From the human T2T-CHM13v2.0 reference genome, Homo sapiens, in assembly GCF_009914755.1 (NCBI RefSeq), contig NC_060929.1: a DNA stretch of 64,000 nt. One strand, 5' to 3'. Numbering within the stretch: the stretch's first letter is position 1; each line of letters begins with the position of its first letter. This document shows positions 1-13,941 of this stretch, in pieces. Position numbers and translations under genes: made by a program. The notes under the pieces were generated by a model. The model was given only the letters and a program-made list of their open reading frames with translations. It was not told where the DNA came from and did not search any database.

Positions 1-975
1 ATTCTTGCATTTTAAATAAAAAGAATCCCACAAGTCATTCAATCTATTAACTCATGTGGAAATGGTTATATGGCCCACATCAGCCTTTCATTGAAGACAC
101 CGTCTTGATTTTATGCTTAAAAGATATACAGATAGTAGCAGATTTGGACAGCAGAAATATATTTGTCATTGACTTTAAGGAAAGGGATTTTAAAAAGAAA
201 AAGAAATGGTGTGTTTTACAGATTAGATTATTAGGATGAAACATTGCTCCTAGGCAAATGTGTTTTTTAAAAATGTAAATGAACTTCCACCATTATTCAC
301 TCTGAATCCTCCCAGCCTCCATTATGTGAAATCAAATGGGCTTTTATACTGAGAAGCTGTTCAACTCACAGCAGGCTATTCCCTCCCAACATACTGACAG
401 TTGTTCTGCTTCAGAATTCTCTCAGGCTTCCTGTCAAAGAGGAGGCCTGTTCTGTGCAGTGCAATCAGGGTCAGCTCAATAGGATGCTACATCCACACCT
501 GTGAAAGAGCCACATAAGCATCTTGGGTAATGAGAGTATTGCAGGACCTCCATTTGAGTAAACCAGTGAGCAGAGGGTGAAAAGGTCTGCAAGGAGAATG
601 CTTTAATGAAAAACAGATAGTTTAAAAGTGATTATTTCTGGGGCCATGGCTTCAGAGAAACTGGGAAGTGATGCAAATGAGAAGTGGTGGGTGGTCCTAA
701 CAGAGTGATAGAAATGGAGAGAGAGAGAGGGCAGCATGGTGAAGAAGAAAGAACAGTGATTGCAAATCTGCAAGCTGAGTGCCAGCTTAGGTTCTGCTTT
801 TGCCATCTGTGACGCCTTGTGCAAATCATTCTACTTTTTACTCGTTGGGCTTACACCCAAACACGGGTGTCTTGGATTACCTTACATTCATGTCTTCTTT
901 TAGCTGTAATGCTCTCCTGATTAGCAAAGCCCATGCATTTCAATTTCAATCTGGCTGTTTTTGATAATGCCCAAA

Positions 976-1043
976 GGGTTGCAGTGAGCTGAGATTGTGC
1001 CACTGCACTCCAGACTGGGCAACAGAGGGAGACTCTGTCAAAG

Positions 1044-1072
<29 letters not shown>
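976..1072 (+). mobile_element. Alu 3' fragment with poly(A) tail
   Basis: GGTTGCAGTGAGCTGAGATTGTGCCACTGCACTCCAG...GACTCTGTC followed by a long A run. Confidence 0.9.

Positions 1073-1103
<31 letters not shown>
1072..1103. repeat. (AT)n microsatellite at the end of the Alu tail
   Basis: Direct reading. Confidence 0.95.
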
Positions 1104-1106
<3 letters not shown>

Positions 1107-1107
1107 A

Positions 1108-1326
1108 TAGAGTCAGACTACCTGGAGTTTTAAAATCAACTCCATTTCTCACTAACTGTGCGATGCTAGGCAAGTTACTTGGCCCTTCTGAGGCTCAGCT
1201 TATTTATTTGTAGAATAAGGGTCACAGCAATGCCTACTTTACAAGGTTGATGTGAACGTTAAGTGAGGTATTAGTCTTAAGTGTTTTGTACATTCCCTAG
1301 CATGCGAGTATTCAAATATTAGCTGA
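1108..1326 (+). mobile_element. MIR SINE
   Basis: GAGTCAGAC...CTAACTGTGCGATGCTAGGCAAGTTACTT...TCTGAGGCTCAG core and AAATATTAGCT end. Confidence 0.8.
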
Positions 1327-1884
1327 TGAAAATATTTAATAATGACAATAACTGCTCAGCTATAACTTCTGTAATTTTCTAGTTATAAGCTTAAGCTTTG
1401 GGAAAAATTGGAACTTCTGTGTAACTTGGTAAAGCCATCTGTGAGTAGGTGTGAAGTAAATATCCTCCGATGTAGCCTGCCAGACAATTGTCTAGAGCCA
1501 TTGCAATGGCCTTTGAAAGAGAACAAATGGAACGTGGCAGGCTTTTGGCCTTCCTTCTGAGGACTGACTCTTGGCTCTGATGTTCAGACTTCTGCGGACC
1601 AGCTGGCCAAATAAAGTACAGCTGACTTTCTCCCCACTCTGTTCCTCACAATAGCAAATGGAGGGGAGAATACAAGAAGGTATTATGGAAGAGGTATGAT
1701 AAACCCTGAGGCCCTATTGTCAATAAGAAAATTGCAACATCGATGAAGACATTCTGGAGGGAATAAGGGAAACTGAGAAGTAATGGCCAGTAGGAATAAG
1801 TATTCTTTGTAAAAAGTACTTCCCATTAGTTAAAAGAGACTTCAGATTAAATGTGGGTCTCCTCACAGAATCCTATATTCGGGG

Positions 1885-1920
1885 GGCTGTATAGCTCAGT
1901 GGTAGAGCATTTGACTACAG
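1885..1920 (+). pseudogene. TRC-ACA1-1: 5' half of tRNA-Cys (tailless retropseudogene). The span 1885-2060 matches my recollection of the predicted intron-containing human tRNA-Cys-ACA-1-1
   Basis: GGCTGTATAGCTCAGTGGTAGAGCATTTGACTACAG matches tRNA-Cys(GCA) 5' GGGGGTATAGCTCAGTGGTAGAGCATTTGACTGCAG at 33/36. Flanked by 21-bp direct repeats at 1865-1885 and 1917-1937. Symbol is from memory and unverified. Confidence 0.8.
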
Positions 1921-1974
1921 AATCCTATACTCAGGGGAAGGAGAACTGGGGGTTTCTCAGTGGGTCAAAGGACT

Positions 1975-2238
1975 TGTAGTGGTAAATCAAAAGCAACTCT
2001 ATAAGCTATGTAACAAACTTTAAAGTCATATGTAGCTGGGTTCAAATCCTGTTTCTGCCATTAATGAGCTGTCTGATTTGGGGCAACTGATTTCCACTCT
2101 CCATGTGTTACTTTTCTCATCTATTAATGGAGACACTATTTGTTTCCCTCTCATTGTTGATAAAGAATTTCAGATAATGATGGGAAAGCACTTAGCCTAA
2201 TGTATGGCACTGGTAATCATTCAGTAAATGTTAGCTGA
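1975..2238 (+). mobile_element. MIR SINE (supplies the B-box-like GGGTTCAAATCC)
   Basis: CTGGGTTCAAATCCTGTTTCTGCCA...AGCTGTCTGATTTGGGGCAA...CTCATCTATTAATGG...AAAGCACTTAGC...AGTAAATGTTAGCT follows the MIR consensus. Confidence 0.85.
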
Positions 2239-2257
2239 ATGAATAGTAAAGGTAAGA

Positions 2258-2368
2258 TTAGTATTAATAGATTAATTCTCTATTAATCTTAGTATTAATA
2301 GATTAATTCTCTATTAATCTTAGTATTAATAGATTAATTCTCTATTAATCTTAGTATTAATAGATTAA
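2258..2368. repeat. 31-bp AT-rich tandem repeat, about 3.5 identical copies, each with an internal hairpin
   Basis: Unit TTAGTATTAATAGATTAATTCTCTATTAATC at 2258, 2289, 2320 and partial at 2351. Confidence 0.95.
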
Positions 2369-2984
2369 AAGATTAATACCAATGTTACCTATTAATAAAG
2401 GGAATATTATATTGAAATCTTGTCTCTGGCTAAGAAAATCCCCTTTATCTTTCTCGAATCTCAGTATGCAACAAGAAACCCAGAAACAAATCAGCAGTGC
2501 CCCCAAAGGCCTCTGCATAAGGTGTCTGTTTCAATCAGTAGCCAAGGAGATGGGGATGGAAGGTCCCGCCTGTTCTTTGTGATCCTATTTTCAAAGGTTA
2601 GGGACATGCCGAAGACATTCTGTTCTCCTTTGAAGATATATTAGTTTTTCTAAATCTGTCTTTTAATTCCACACAGTTCCTTGGGAATAATGAATTTACC
2701 ACACTTAGAAAAAGGACATTGAAATAGAAGGAGCCTTTGTGGTTCTGTGACACCAAGTTGCCATGTGACCTGTGGCTGGGGATGTACAGTCTTAGGTGTT
2801 CATTTTCCCCACTGGCAATACAAAGGAACTTCATTAGCTGAGTTGGAAGGTCTCTGGGAGATTCAAGTGTATGATTCTAAACTCTATTTCCTTTCATTTA
2901 TTTTGAATTTACATGACCAGAGCTTTACAATGAATATGGAAAAAAGATCACTTTTGAAGTATTCTTGGGTTTAATCATGTAAGC

Positions 2985-3097
2985 CAAAGTTGCTGAGCAT
3001 TTACCAAATGCCAGACACTGTTTCAGTCACTGGGGATATAATACTAAACAAAATAGGCAAAACATCATGCTCTTATGAAACTGACATCCTAGTTGGT
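2985..3097 (-). mobile_element. L2 3' fragment
   Basis: TGAGCATTTACCAAATGCCAGACACTGTT...CTGGGGATATA resembles the reverse complement of the L2 3' end. Confidence 0.65.
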
Positions 3098-3618
3098 TTG
3101 ATGTACATGTTATGTGTTCATCTTCTCTTTGATATTCCTGATATCATTCATGGGAAGTTGATTGGTGACTTTCCAAGGAGCCATGGGGATAAACCAAGCA
3201 TTATTTTTACACTTAATTAAATCACAGAATGTCAATATTTAGGGGTGCTTGGTTGTTCTTCCTTTGGAGTGGCCTGTCTTTCTAATGCACACCTGGGTTT
3301 CATGGACATTCATGAATATGGTGTTAATATTTCATGTGAGGGTTGGATTTTATAGTCAGAGAATTTGGGTCAGTGTCATAGCTTTGTTGTTTACTAGTGT
3401 ATAACCTTGGTCAAGTCACTTTAATTTTCCTTAACTGTGGTTTTAGATCATTGATATTTACCACAAGAGTTGGATAAAGTAAATTCAGACATAAAAATGT
3501 TGTCCTGCTTTTTTTTGAAGATCATATATGTTATTGGGTATGAAAACATTTTTAAATAATTTTATTCATCTTATTACTAAGCAAAGTGAAAAAGTTGCAG
3601 GTAGCCACTCTTCTTAGC

Positions 3619-4350
3619 TGTTCTAGTTATGGAATACTGCATAACACTAACTCAAAGTTAGTGTTATAAAACAACCATTTGTTATGATCACAAATTCTGT
3701 GGGTGAAAAATTCAAACATCACTCTTCGGGGATGGTTTGTCTTTAGCCTCTTGATGTCTGGGGAATTGAATGGAAGATTTGAAGACTGGGAGCCGAAGTC
3801 GTCTGTAGGTTTGTTCACTCACATGTCTGGTGGTTGATGCTGGCTGTCAGCCTAAGTTTCTTTCCACGTGGGACCCTTTGCATGGACTAGTGTGGGCTAC
3901 CTCCTGGATGGCTGTTCGATCCAGAGCAAACATTTCAAATAAAAAGAGCAGATAGAAGCTGTATCCTTTTTTCTTCTTTTGGTTTGGATGCTTCTATTTT
4001 TTTTAATTTTTATTATTTTTCTTTCAATTTTTATTTTAAGTGCAGGGGTACATGTACAGGATGTGTAGGTTTGTTATATAGTGTGCCACGGTGGTTTGCT
4101 GCACAGATCAACTCATCACCTAGGTATTAAGCCCAGGGAGGGAGAAGCTGTATTTTTTTTTTTAAGACAAAGCCTCAAAAGTCACAGAACATCACAATGT
4201 GCTTTGTTGGTCAGAGCAGCCACAAGAGAGCCAAGGTGCATGGGGAGGAGAAATAGACTATCATTTGTTTGCAACAAGCAAGATTATAGAAGAGCAAGTG
4301 GGATTTGAAATGTTGCTGTAACTATTTTTTGAAAAATGTAATCTGCCACA
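3619..4350 (-). mobile_element. MaLR (MLT1G/H-like) 3' LTR
   Basis: TG...CA ends (TGTTCTAGTT...CTGCCACA), CACTCACATGTCTGGTGGTTGATGCTGGCTGTCAGC motif, homologous to 5777-6336. Confidence 0.75.
3965..4142 (-). mobile_element. Short L1P 3'-end insertion inside the MLT1 LTR
   Basis: T-rich tail then GGGGTACATGTACAGGATGTGTAGGTTTGTTA...GGTATTAAGCCCAG; TSD AGAAGCTGTAT at 3954-3964 and 4143-4153. Confidence 0.85.
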
Positions 4351-4724
4351 GTCAGCCTTCCGGCCACAATAATTCACATTCTTCTCGCATGCATGTAAAA
4401 TATACTCACCTCTCCATCTATACTCGTTTATCAAAGTCCCATACCATTATAGTATCAGGCTCAGGTTTGCGGCCTAGAATTTCATAATCTGAAACAAGAA
4501 CAGGGATGAAAAATGTTCCATAGATATAGCATCTCAATATAGCTTCTTAGGTGCAGTTTCTCTTAACCTATAAACTATAGAAACAATTGTCTTCCCACAT
4601 CCATCCAACATACCACGGTAGAACTGGCATAGGATAACTACTAAAGGCATTCTTATTTAAAAAGTTAGAAGACATGAGGCACACAGCAATCACTAGTCCA
4701 TAGGAATTTTGAAATCCAACTAGG

Positions 4725-4758
<34 letters not shown>

Positions 4759-5776
4759 CGGTTCTTTGACTGGTTCTCAGGACTACTGCTTGAGAATGAT
4801 TCTCAGTGGCTCTTGGCTGTGTTTTCTGAGTCATTCTTCCATTTCCTTAAGAAATAGCTGGCAGTGTTTTCCTTTGTATATGAGAATATATAAGGGAATA
4901 TAATAATTATCTTGTAAATGTTGTAGATTTTCTGTTTATTTATTGAGGTTAACTCCACTAGACAAAAGCTACCAACCACAAATATGATTGAAATAAGTCC
5001 TTGCCTACCTTAGACTTATTGTAACTCTGCAAGGGAACAATGCCCTTAAGATTTTTAGAAATCCCACACTTCAATAAAAAGGATCTTTGAGACATATCCT
5101 GAAGATCTTTGAATGGGGTTTTGTATGTTTGAGACACCACCTTAAGTCTTTTTGAGACCTCAACAAAGGGTTTGAACGTCATACCCTTGATTTTATCTGT
5201 AGATCATGGTTTCCCGACAGAACCCAAGATTTGATCTCTACACCAAAGCAGTTTATTAATTTTAGCATAATTTGCCATCTGGAAAGCCTAGGAATGAAAA
5301 CTACTGTTATTTTTAAACCCAGAAAGTCCTGGCTCCTTTACATTCAGTAGTTTTTCATTAGCATTTCTCTATTTTCTTATATTTAACATAGAATGCTCTA
5401 GCAGTCTATGGTACAGGTGGCACTTTCAATAAATACTCCACCTGGAAGTCTCCATGGCTCAATTATCTAGACCAGTCAATACATTTTCTAGCCTCCATGT
5501 TATCACAGGTAATAGAGTTTCTAAACTTTCTACCAGTATATCACAAGTGTATTCTTTCAGTTTCCAGTAACCCTTTTATTTATTTAATTCCACTCTTAGA
5601 CTCTTCTTGAAGGCCATCAAAGTTTCATTGTCAGACTTCTTAAGACCCTTTAGGTTTTCGCCAACACTCTCCTCAGTGTCTTTCCAGTCTCTATTAATCT
5701 CCAAATCCCAAAGTCACTCCCGTGTGGTTTTTAGGTAGTTTTGTTATGACAGCACCTTGTTTCCAGGCATAAAATA
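4351..5776 (-). mobile_element. MaLR internal region (MLT1-int)
   Basis: Lies between two homologous LTRs; junctions GTCAGCCTTCCGGCCAC and ACAGCACC...CCAGGCATAAAATA resemble MaLR-int ends. Confidence 0.65.
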
Positions 5777-6336
5777 TGTTTCATTTATTTAATGCTACAT
5801 AACAAACTACTTTGAAATTTAGGATATATAAAACCCATTTATTATGTTCATGGATTCTCTGAGTCAGGAATTTAGACAGGGCATAAAGAGGATGGCTTGA
5901 CTCCTCTCCATGATGTGTGGGGCCCCAGCTAGAAGATTCATTCTGAGGGCTGGAATCATCTGAAGGCTTGTTGACTCACGTAAATGGTGGTAGATAAAGG
6001 TTGTTGACTGGAACTTCAACTACACTGGGCATGAACTTCTCTGTGTGATCCTTTTGTGAGGGTGAGTGTGGGCCTTTTCATAGCATAAGGGTTGTCTTCG
6101 CAAGCAACCCAAAACGAAGGAGCCAGGGGGAAGATGGATTCTTTTTGAGACCCAGTCCCAGAAGTCATACAGCATTACTTCAATCTATTCTAATGGCTGG
6201 AAAAGTCACAAGCCTTTCCAGGTTTGAGGAGAGAGGAAATAGGTGACAACTCTTGTTGGGGAGTTGTAGGGTTCTGGAGAGGCATATGGAATTGAAAATA
6301 TGCTGTGGCCATCTTTGGAGATTACAGTCTGCCACA
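5777..6336 (-). mobile_element. MaLR (MLT1G/H-like) 5' LTR
   Basis: TGTTTCATTT...GCTACATAACAAACTAC...GGCTGGAATCATCTGAAGGCTT...CTGCCACA. Confidence 0.75.
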
Positions 6337-7029
6337 TTGCCTTTTATTAATGTCATTCAAACATTCCTGATTTTTAAACATTAAACTGATATGTGCATAT
6401 GGCAGAAATAAAAAGACCAAAAGGTATTATACAATGTAAGAATAAAAAGGCCCTCAGTTTTTTCCTAATCACAAGTATGCAAGCTTAAATATTAGCAATT
6501 AAATTTAATCATTATTAACTTTATTGTGTAGTCTGTCAAAAATGCTCTATGCACATACCAACATATACTTATTTCTATTATATTCTATTGAGTCTCTACG
6601 TTCTAAAACCCTTTCTTATTTATCCGTATAGCTAGGGTTATAAATTACAGACTATTCTTGGAATTTTTCTCTTGAAAGTTTTTCTGAGTCTTTTTCTTCA
6701 AATCTGCTATGCCTATGGTTTGACTAAGCTAAAATACAACTGTATCTCCAATCACACACGGATGACAGAAAGTAGAGCAGAGGTTGACTGTATCCTGAGA
6801 TGGCAGAGTGGCCATTTAGGAGGAAAATATTGTCCCTTGATGACAAAGAGTGGGTTTTGTTTTGTTCTCTCATGTTTAATGTTTTTAAGAGTTTGGTAGG
6901 GCAGATAAAAAAACTCATATGAGGATTTTGTATGAGTATGAGAATCTCAGGACACCTCAAGACTTAATGATTAGGGGATGAAGGGGAAGTGTGTTTCAGG
7001 TTTCTGATATATACTATGTAATAGAAAAA

Positions 7030-7345
7030 ACCCTAAGTTAAGATTTTAGAGACTTTTTGGTCTTGGGTCTTCCTACTGGGAAGCTTTGTGACCTTGAACA
7101 AGTCTCCTTTCCTTTAAGCACTTAATTCATTTGCAACATAAAGAGGTTGGACTTAAACTCTAAAAGTATGGTCCATGAAACAGCAGCATCCACATCATGT
7201 GGGAGCCTGTTGAAATCTTGAATTTCTCTCCAGAACTAGTACATCTGATTCTACATTTAAAAATCTTCAGATCGTTCACAGTAAAGTGTGAAAAGCACTG
7301 AACTAAAGAATCTCTAAGGTCCCTTTCTATTCTAACTTTGTAGGA
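7030..7345 (+). mobile_element. MIR3-like SINE interrupted by a MER5-type hAT MITE (about 7155-7300)
   Basis: TGTGACCTTGAACAAGTC...GAGGTTGGACT, then CAGCAGCATC...TGGGAGCCTGTTGAAAT...GAAAAGCACTG, then TCTCTAAGGTCCCTTTC. Confidence 0.6.
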
Positions 7346-7723
7346 CTGAAAGAACTTAAAGGAGAAGGATAAGAAGAAAACACAGCAACGATGATATTGA
7401 TATTTTCTGAAAAAGTCAAATATTTTCTTTTTTTCTAGTTGAAAACTAGGGTGGCAAAAATGCTGAATGATACAAGGTTGCCTGTTGTATTTTGTAATAT
7501 TGTAGCCCTGTTGTAGTTTCCAGCCAGAGCCTTTTCTGCTTCATTTGCTGTTCTCATTAGTCAGCTTCTCAAGGTAGCTTTCAAGAATTCTGTTAGAAAC
7601 AAGCTAGGAAAAGTAAAGTAACCTACCAAAGATCATGCTTTAAGGCAGTGCTGAAAATACCAGTCATAATAGATGACAACAGTATTCCAGAAAGAGCCTC
7701 AAAAGATGTAAAAGATTTAGTTA

Positions 7724-10140
<2,417 letters not shown>

Positions 10141-10319
10141 AAAGGGAGTTACTTTATTCCTCTTATAAAAACATTTTTTCCTTCCTCACTGCAGCCCAGT
10201 ATGTGGACATAATAGGAGCCTATTATGGTGAATTTATTCTTTCTTTAATCTTTCCAATAAATATTTATTGGGCACCTATTAGGTGTCAGACCTTGTGCTG
10301 TAAAAAAAAAAAAGACAAC

Positions 10320-10950
10320 TTTATTCTTTTATTTTTAATAGTTAAGTTACAATTCACATACTACTCTATGATTCACATATGTAAAATATGTGAATTTAAT
10401 CATTTTCATTGTGTTCATCAATATGAGTAACCATTACCAGAGTCAATTAATTTTAGGACACTTTCATCACCTGAAAAAGAAGTCCTATATCATTTAGCTA
10501 TCACTCTCCTGTCTTCCCTTGCCCCAGCTCTGAGCAATTGCTACTACTTTCTATCTACAGATATTTCTTTATTCCGGACATTTTATATAAATGGAATTAC
10601 ATGATATGTGGTCTTCTTGTGACTGGCTTTTCACTTAGCATAATAATATATTCAAGGTTCATTCACGTTGCATGGATCATACTTCATTCCTTTCATAGAC
10701 AGTTTCTTTTAAATAGATGCATTGCATTTTTCTTATCCATTTATCAGTTCGTGAACAGTTAGGTTGTTTTCACCTTTTGACTATTGTAAGTAATGCTCCA
10801 ATAACTATTCACATGCAGGTTTTTGTGTGGACATAAATTTTCATTTCTCTTGAGTGTGTACTTAGCAGTGAAACTGCTAGGTCATACAATAATTCTATGT
10901 TTTATCACTGAACAATTACCAGACTGTTTTCCAAAGTGGCAGCATGAAAC
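10320..10950 (-). mobile_element. Old L1M (L1MB/MC-like) 3' region
   Basis: ATATGTGGTCTT...TTTCACTTAGCATAAT...TTCAAGGTTCATTCAC; GTTTTCCAAAGTGGC. Confidence 0.75.
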
Positions 10951-11289
10951 TTCACTCCTAGCAAACTTAAAGAAATGGGGTTGAATTGGAGGTGGCTGGC
11001 AGTATGTGAGATATTTGACAACATGCAGTCTGAATCTCATCACCCCATCCATTTCATTATTCCCACCTCCATCTGTATATGTTTCTTAAAACATCCTTAT
11101 ATTTCCCTGCTGAAAGACCTACCAGGGAAACTCACTGACTGGTAGGCCCATGCCCTCAAGGATGTGATACTCAAGGTGCTCCATATTATGACGTAAGCAG
11201 AGCAGTTTAAACATTGTAGCTTTATGTTCTTGAATGTATAATTCATTTATTTCTGCCTCAGTTTCCTTTTCTCTTAAATAGATTGCCAT

Positions 11290-13360
11290 AAAATATTGAA
11301 ATGTAGAATCTTTAATAGAGTTTCTGACATATTACAGGTAACCTATGGCAATGATTGATATAACATCAATAAAAAATAAAAAGTTGTATTTCTATTTAGC
11401 TGCAAACATTTGGAAAATGTAAATATACCATTTATAATAGCATAAACAGACCATATATATTTAACAAATTTTAATTATGGATACGTAAGAGTTATACACA
11501 TTTATGGGCATATGTGATATTTTGATACAAGCATACAACATGTAATGATCAAATTAGGGTAGCTATCACCTCAAATATTTATCATTTCTTTGTGTTAGGA
11601 ACATTTCAATTCCACCCTTTTAGTTATTTTGAAATATACCATAAATTATTAACTGTAGTTGTGCTATTGTACTACTGAATGCTAGATCTTATTCTTTTTA
11701 ACTGTATTTTTGTACCCATTAACCATTCTTTCTTTATGCCCCCCTCTGCACTACCCAAAAAGATACAGAAACTCTACTAAACATTCTAACATATTCCTCA
11801 GAGATTTAAAGAAGACCCAAGTTTATGAAGATAGAGAACATGTTAATGAACTGGAAGATTTAATATGGTTTGATTAGACCTAATTACAAACTAAATGAAA
11901 TTTGCATTTTTTTGGTGGAAATACACAAGTTTATTCTAAAATTTATATGAAAATACAAGAAATAAAGAACTTCCAAAGCTATCTTGAAAAAGAACAAATT
12001 CAGATAAATTATATTATTACTTTATATCAAGACCTGCAGCAAGCCACAATAATCAAGATAGTATTGCATTAGCATAAGGTTATACAAGCTGATCCCTGGG
12101 ACAAAGTAAAGCTCAGAAAGAAATCAATACACACATAGTCAGTTAATTTCAATAAAAGCTCAAAGACACTTCAATGGAAAGTCTTTTTGAACAAACAGTG
12201 CTGGAATAACTAGATAACCATGGAAATAATGAATCTTCTTAGCCACAATTCACAATATTCACAAAATTAATGTAGATAAATTATAGATTCAATTATAAAA
12301 GCTAAAGCTGTAAAGGTTTTATGAAGAAAAAAAACACAGAAGACTATACTACAATCTTAGGCTAGGCAAGATTTTATAGAGATGAAAGAAAAAACACTAG
12401 CTGCAAAAAAGCAATAAATCGGATTTCACAAAAATAAAACAACAAAAATTCTCTGCCCATCAAAAGAAAATTAAAAGTTTAGCTGTAATGTGGGAAAAAA
12501 TATTAGCAATATATATTCGATGATGAACTTCACCCAGAACAAGAGCAAACCATTAATAAAAAGATACTGTTGTTTTTTTTTACAACTGAATGAAAGTTTT
12601 GGACATTTAAAAAAAATGGTGAATAGCACATGAACATGTGCTTGATATCATTAATCATCAGAGAAATGTAAACGAAAATAAAAATAAACTATTGCACCAC
12701 TTCGTTGTGGCAACAACAAATGTTGGTGAGGATGTGGAGTAAGTGGAACTCCCAGATCTTACTCAGAGAAGTAGGTAATGGAGCATCCAGTTTGGAAAAC
12801 AGCTTGATGATTTTCATAAAGTTAAGCATATACCTCTGTTGTGACTCAGAAATTCCATCCCTGACTATTTACCTATGAGAAATGAAAATGTTTCTACAAC
12901 AAGACTTGAGCATGTTTATAGCAGCTTTACTAGTAAATAGCCAAAAGCTTTACTAACAATAGCCAATGTCAGGAGTACAATGGGTACATAAGTTGTGGTA
13001 TATTCATATAATGGAATACTCCTCAGCTACATCAAGGTAACAAATTACTGATAACATGGAACAATATGAATGGATTTCAAAAAAATGATACTGCCTAAAC
13101 TAGCAAGAAACAAATGAGACAGCACTATATGATTTCCTAAGATGTGAAGTTCTAGTACATAATGATAAAAATCAGAACTCTAGTTGTTTCCTGTGGAGAG
13201 TGGATTGACTGGAAGGGGACATGAAGTAATTTCCTGGGTGATAAAAATGTTCTGCATCATGATAGTGTTGTTTACATGGATGTATATAGTTGCTAAACTC
13301 GTGTAATTGTGCACTGAAGATTTGTGCATTTAACTTTCTGTAAATTTTGCTTGAAATAGG
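11290..13360 (+). mobile_element. Degenerate L1ME/MD ORF2 to 3'UTR, with nested L1MA
   Basis: TTCTAAAATTTATATGAAAA, TGTTGGTGAGGATGTGGAG, AATGGAATACT motifs. Confidence 0.7.
11466..11756 (-). mobile_element. L1MA 3' end nested in the older L1
   Basis: GATATTTTGATACAAGCATACAACATGTAATGATCAAATTAGGGTA...GTACCCATTAACC. Confidence 0.8.
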
Positions 13361-13774
13361 AAACTCTAAATCCATCCTGGGAAATGTATTAGCTTGTATA
13401 CTTGGCAATGTGGTTTACTTGCCTGCACATTGGCACCTTTATCTCTTTAATGGATTATTACTGGATTTAAAGAGAAATCTAAAGTGTTCAGTTATTTTTG
13501 GCACATTACAGGTATAGAAGGTGTAGCATATCATTAACACAACTAAACTTTCAACTCGCCAAATAATTTGCTGTAGCCAAATGAGAATCTTGACGAGTTT
13601 TGCATATATCCATTTCATTAATTCTTCTTCGCGTTTGGTTCTGGACATCTTGGAGCTTGAACCTATGAAGTTAATCATTGAAAATTAAGAGTTGGTTATG
13701 CTAGCTACGACATGCTACTACAATCTTAAACCTTTTATTTCTTTCCACTTTTGTTTCCTCATATTGCTTCCTAT

Positions 13775-13941
13775 GCCTAGCTGTGCATTAGAATCAGCTG
13801 GTGACGTTTTTAAAGTACACTGTTGTTTGGTTGTCATGGCAGAGATATTCATCTAATTGATCTGGTGTGAGGAGTAGGCGTTAGTATTTTTAAAAAGCTG
13901 TCCAGGCATTTGAATCTGGAGTCAGAGTTAAAAACCACTGG
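13775..13941. mobile_element. MER5-type hAT-Charlie MITE
   Basis: CTGTGCATTAGAATCAGCTGG...GTATTTTTAAAAAGCT...AAAACCACTG. Confidence 0.65.

Noticed and set aside
1885-2060. Functional intron-containing tRNA-Cys(ACA)
   Set aside because: The anticodon comes from the TSD and the 3' half from a MIR; the acceptor and anticodon stems pair poorly.
2258-2368. CRISPR-like array of palindromic 31-bp repeats
   Set aside because: No spacers, no cas genes, mammalian context; it is a minisatellite.
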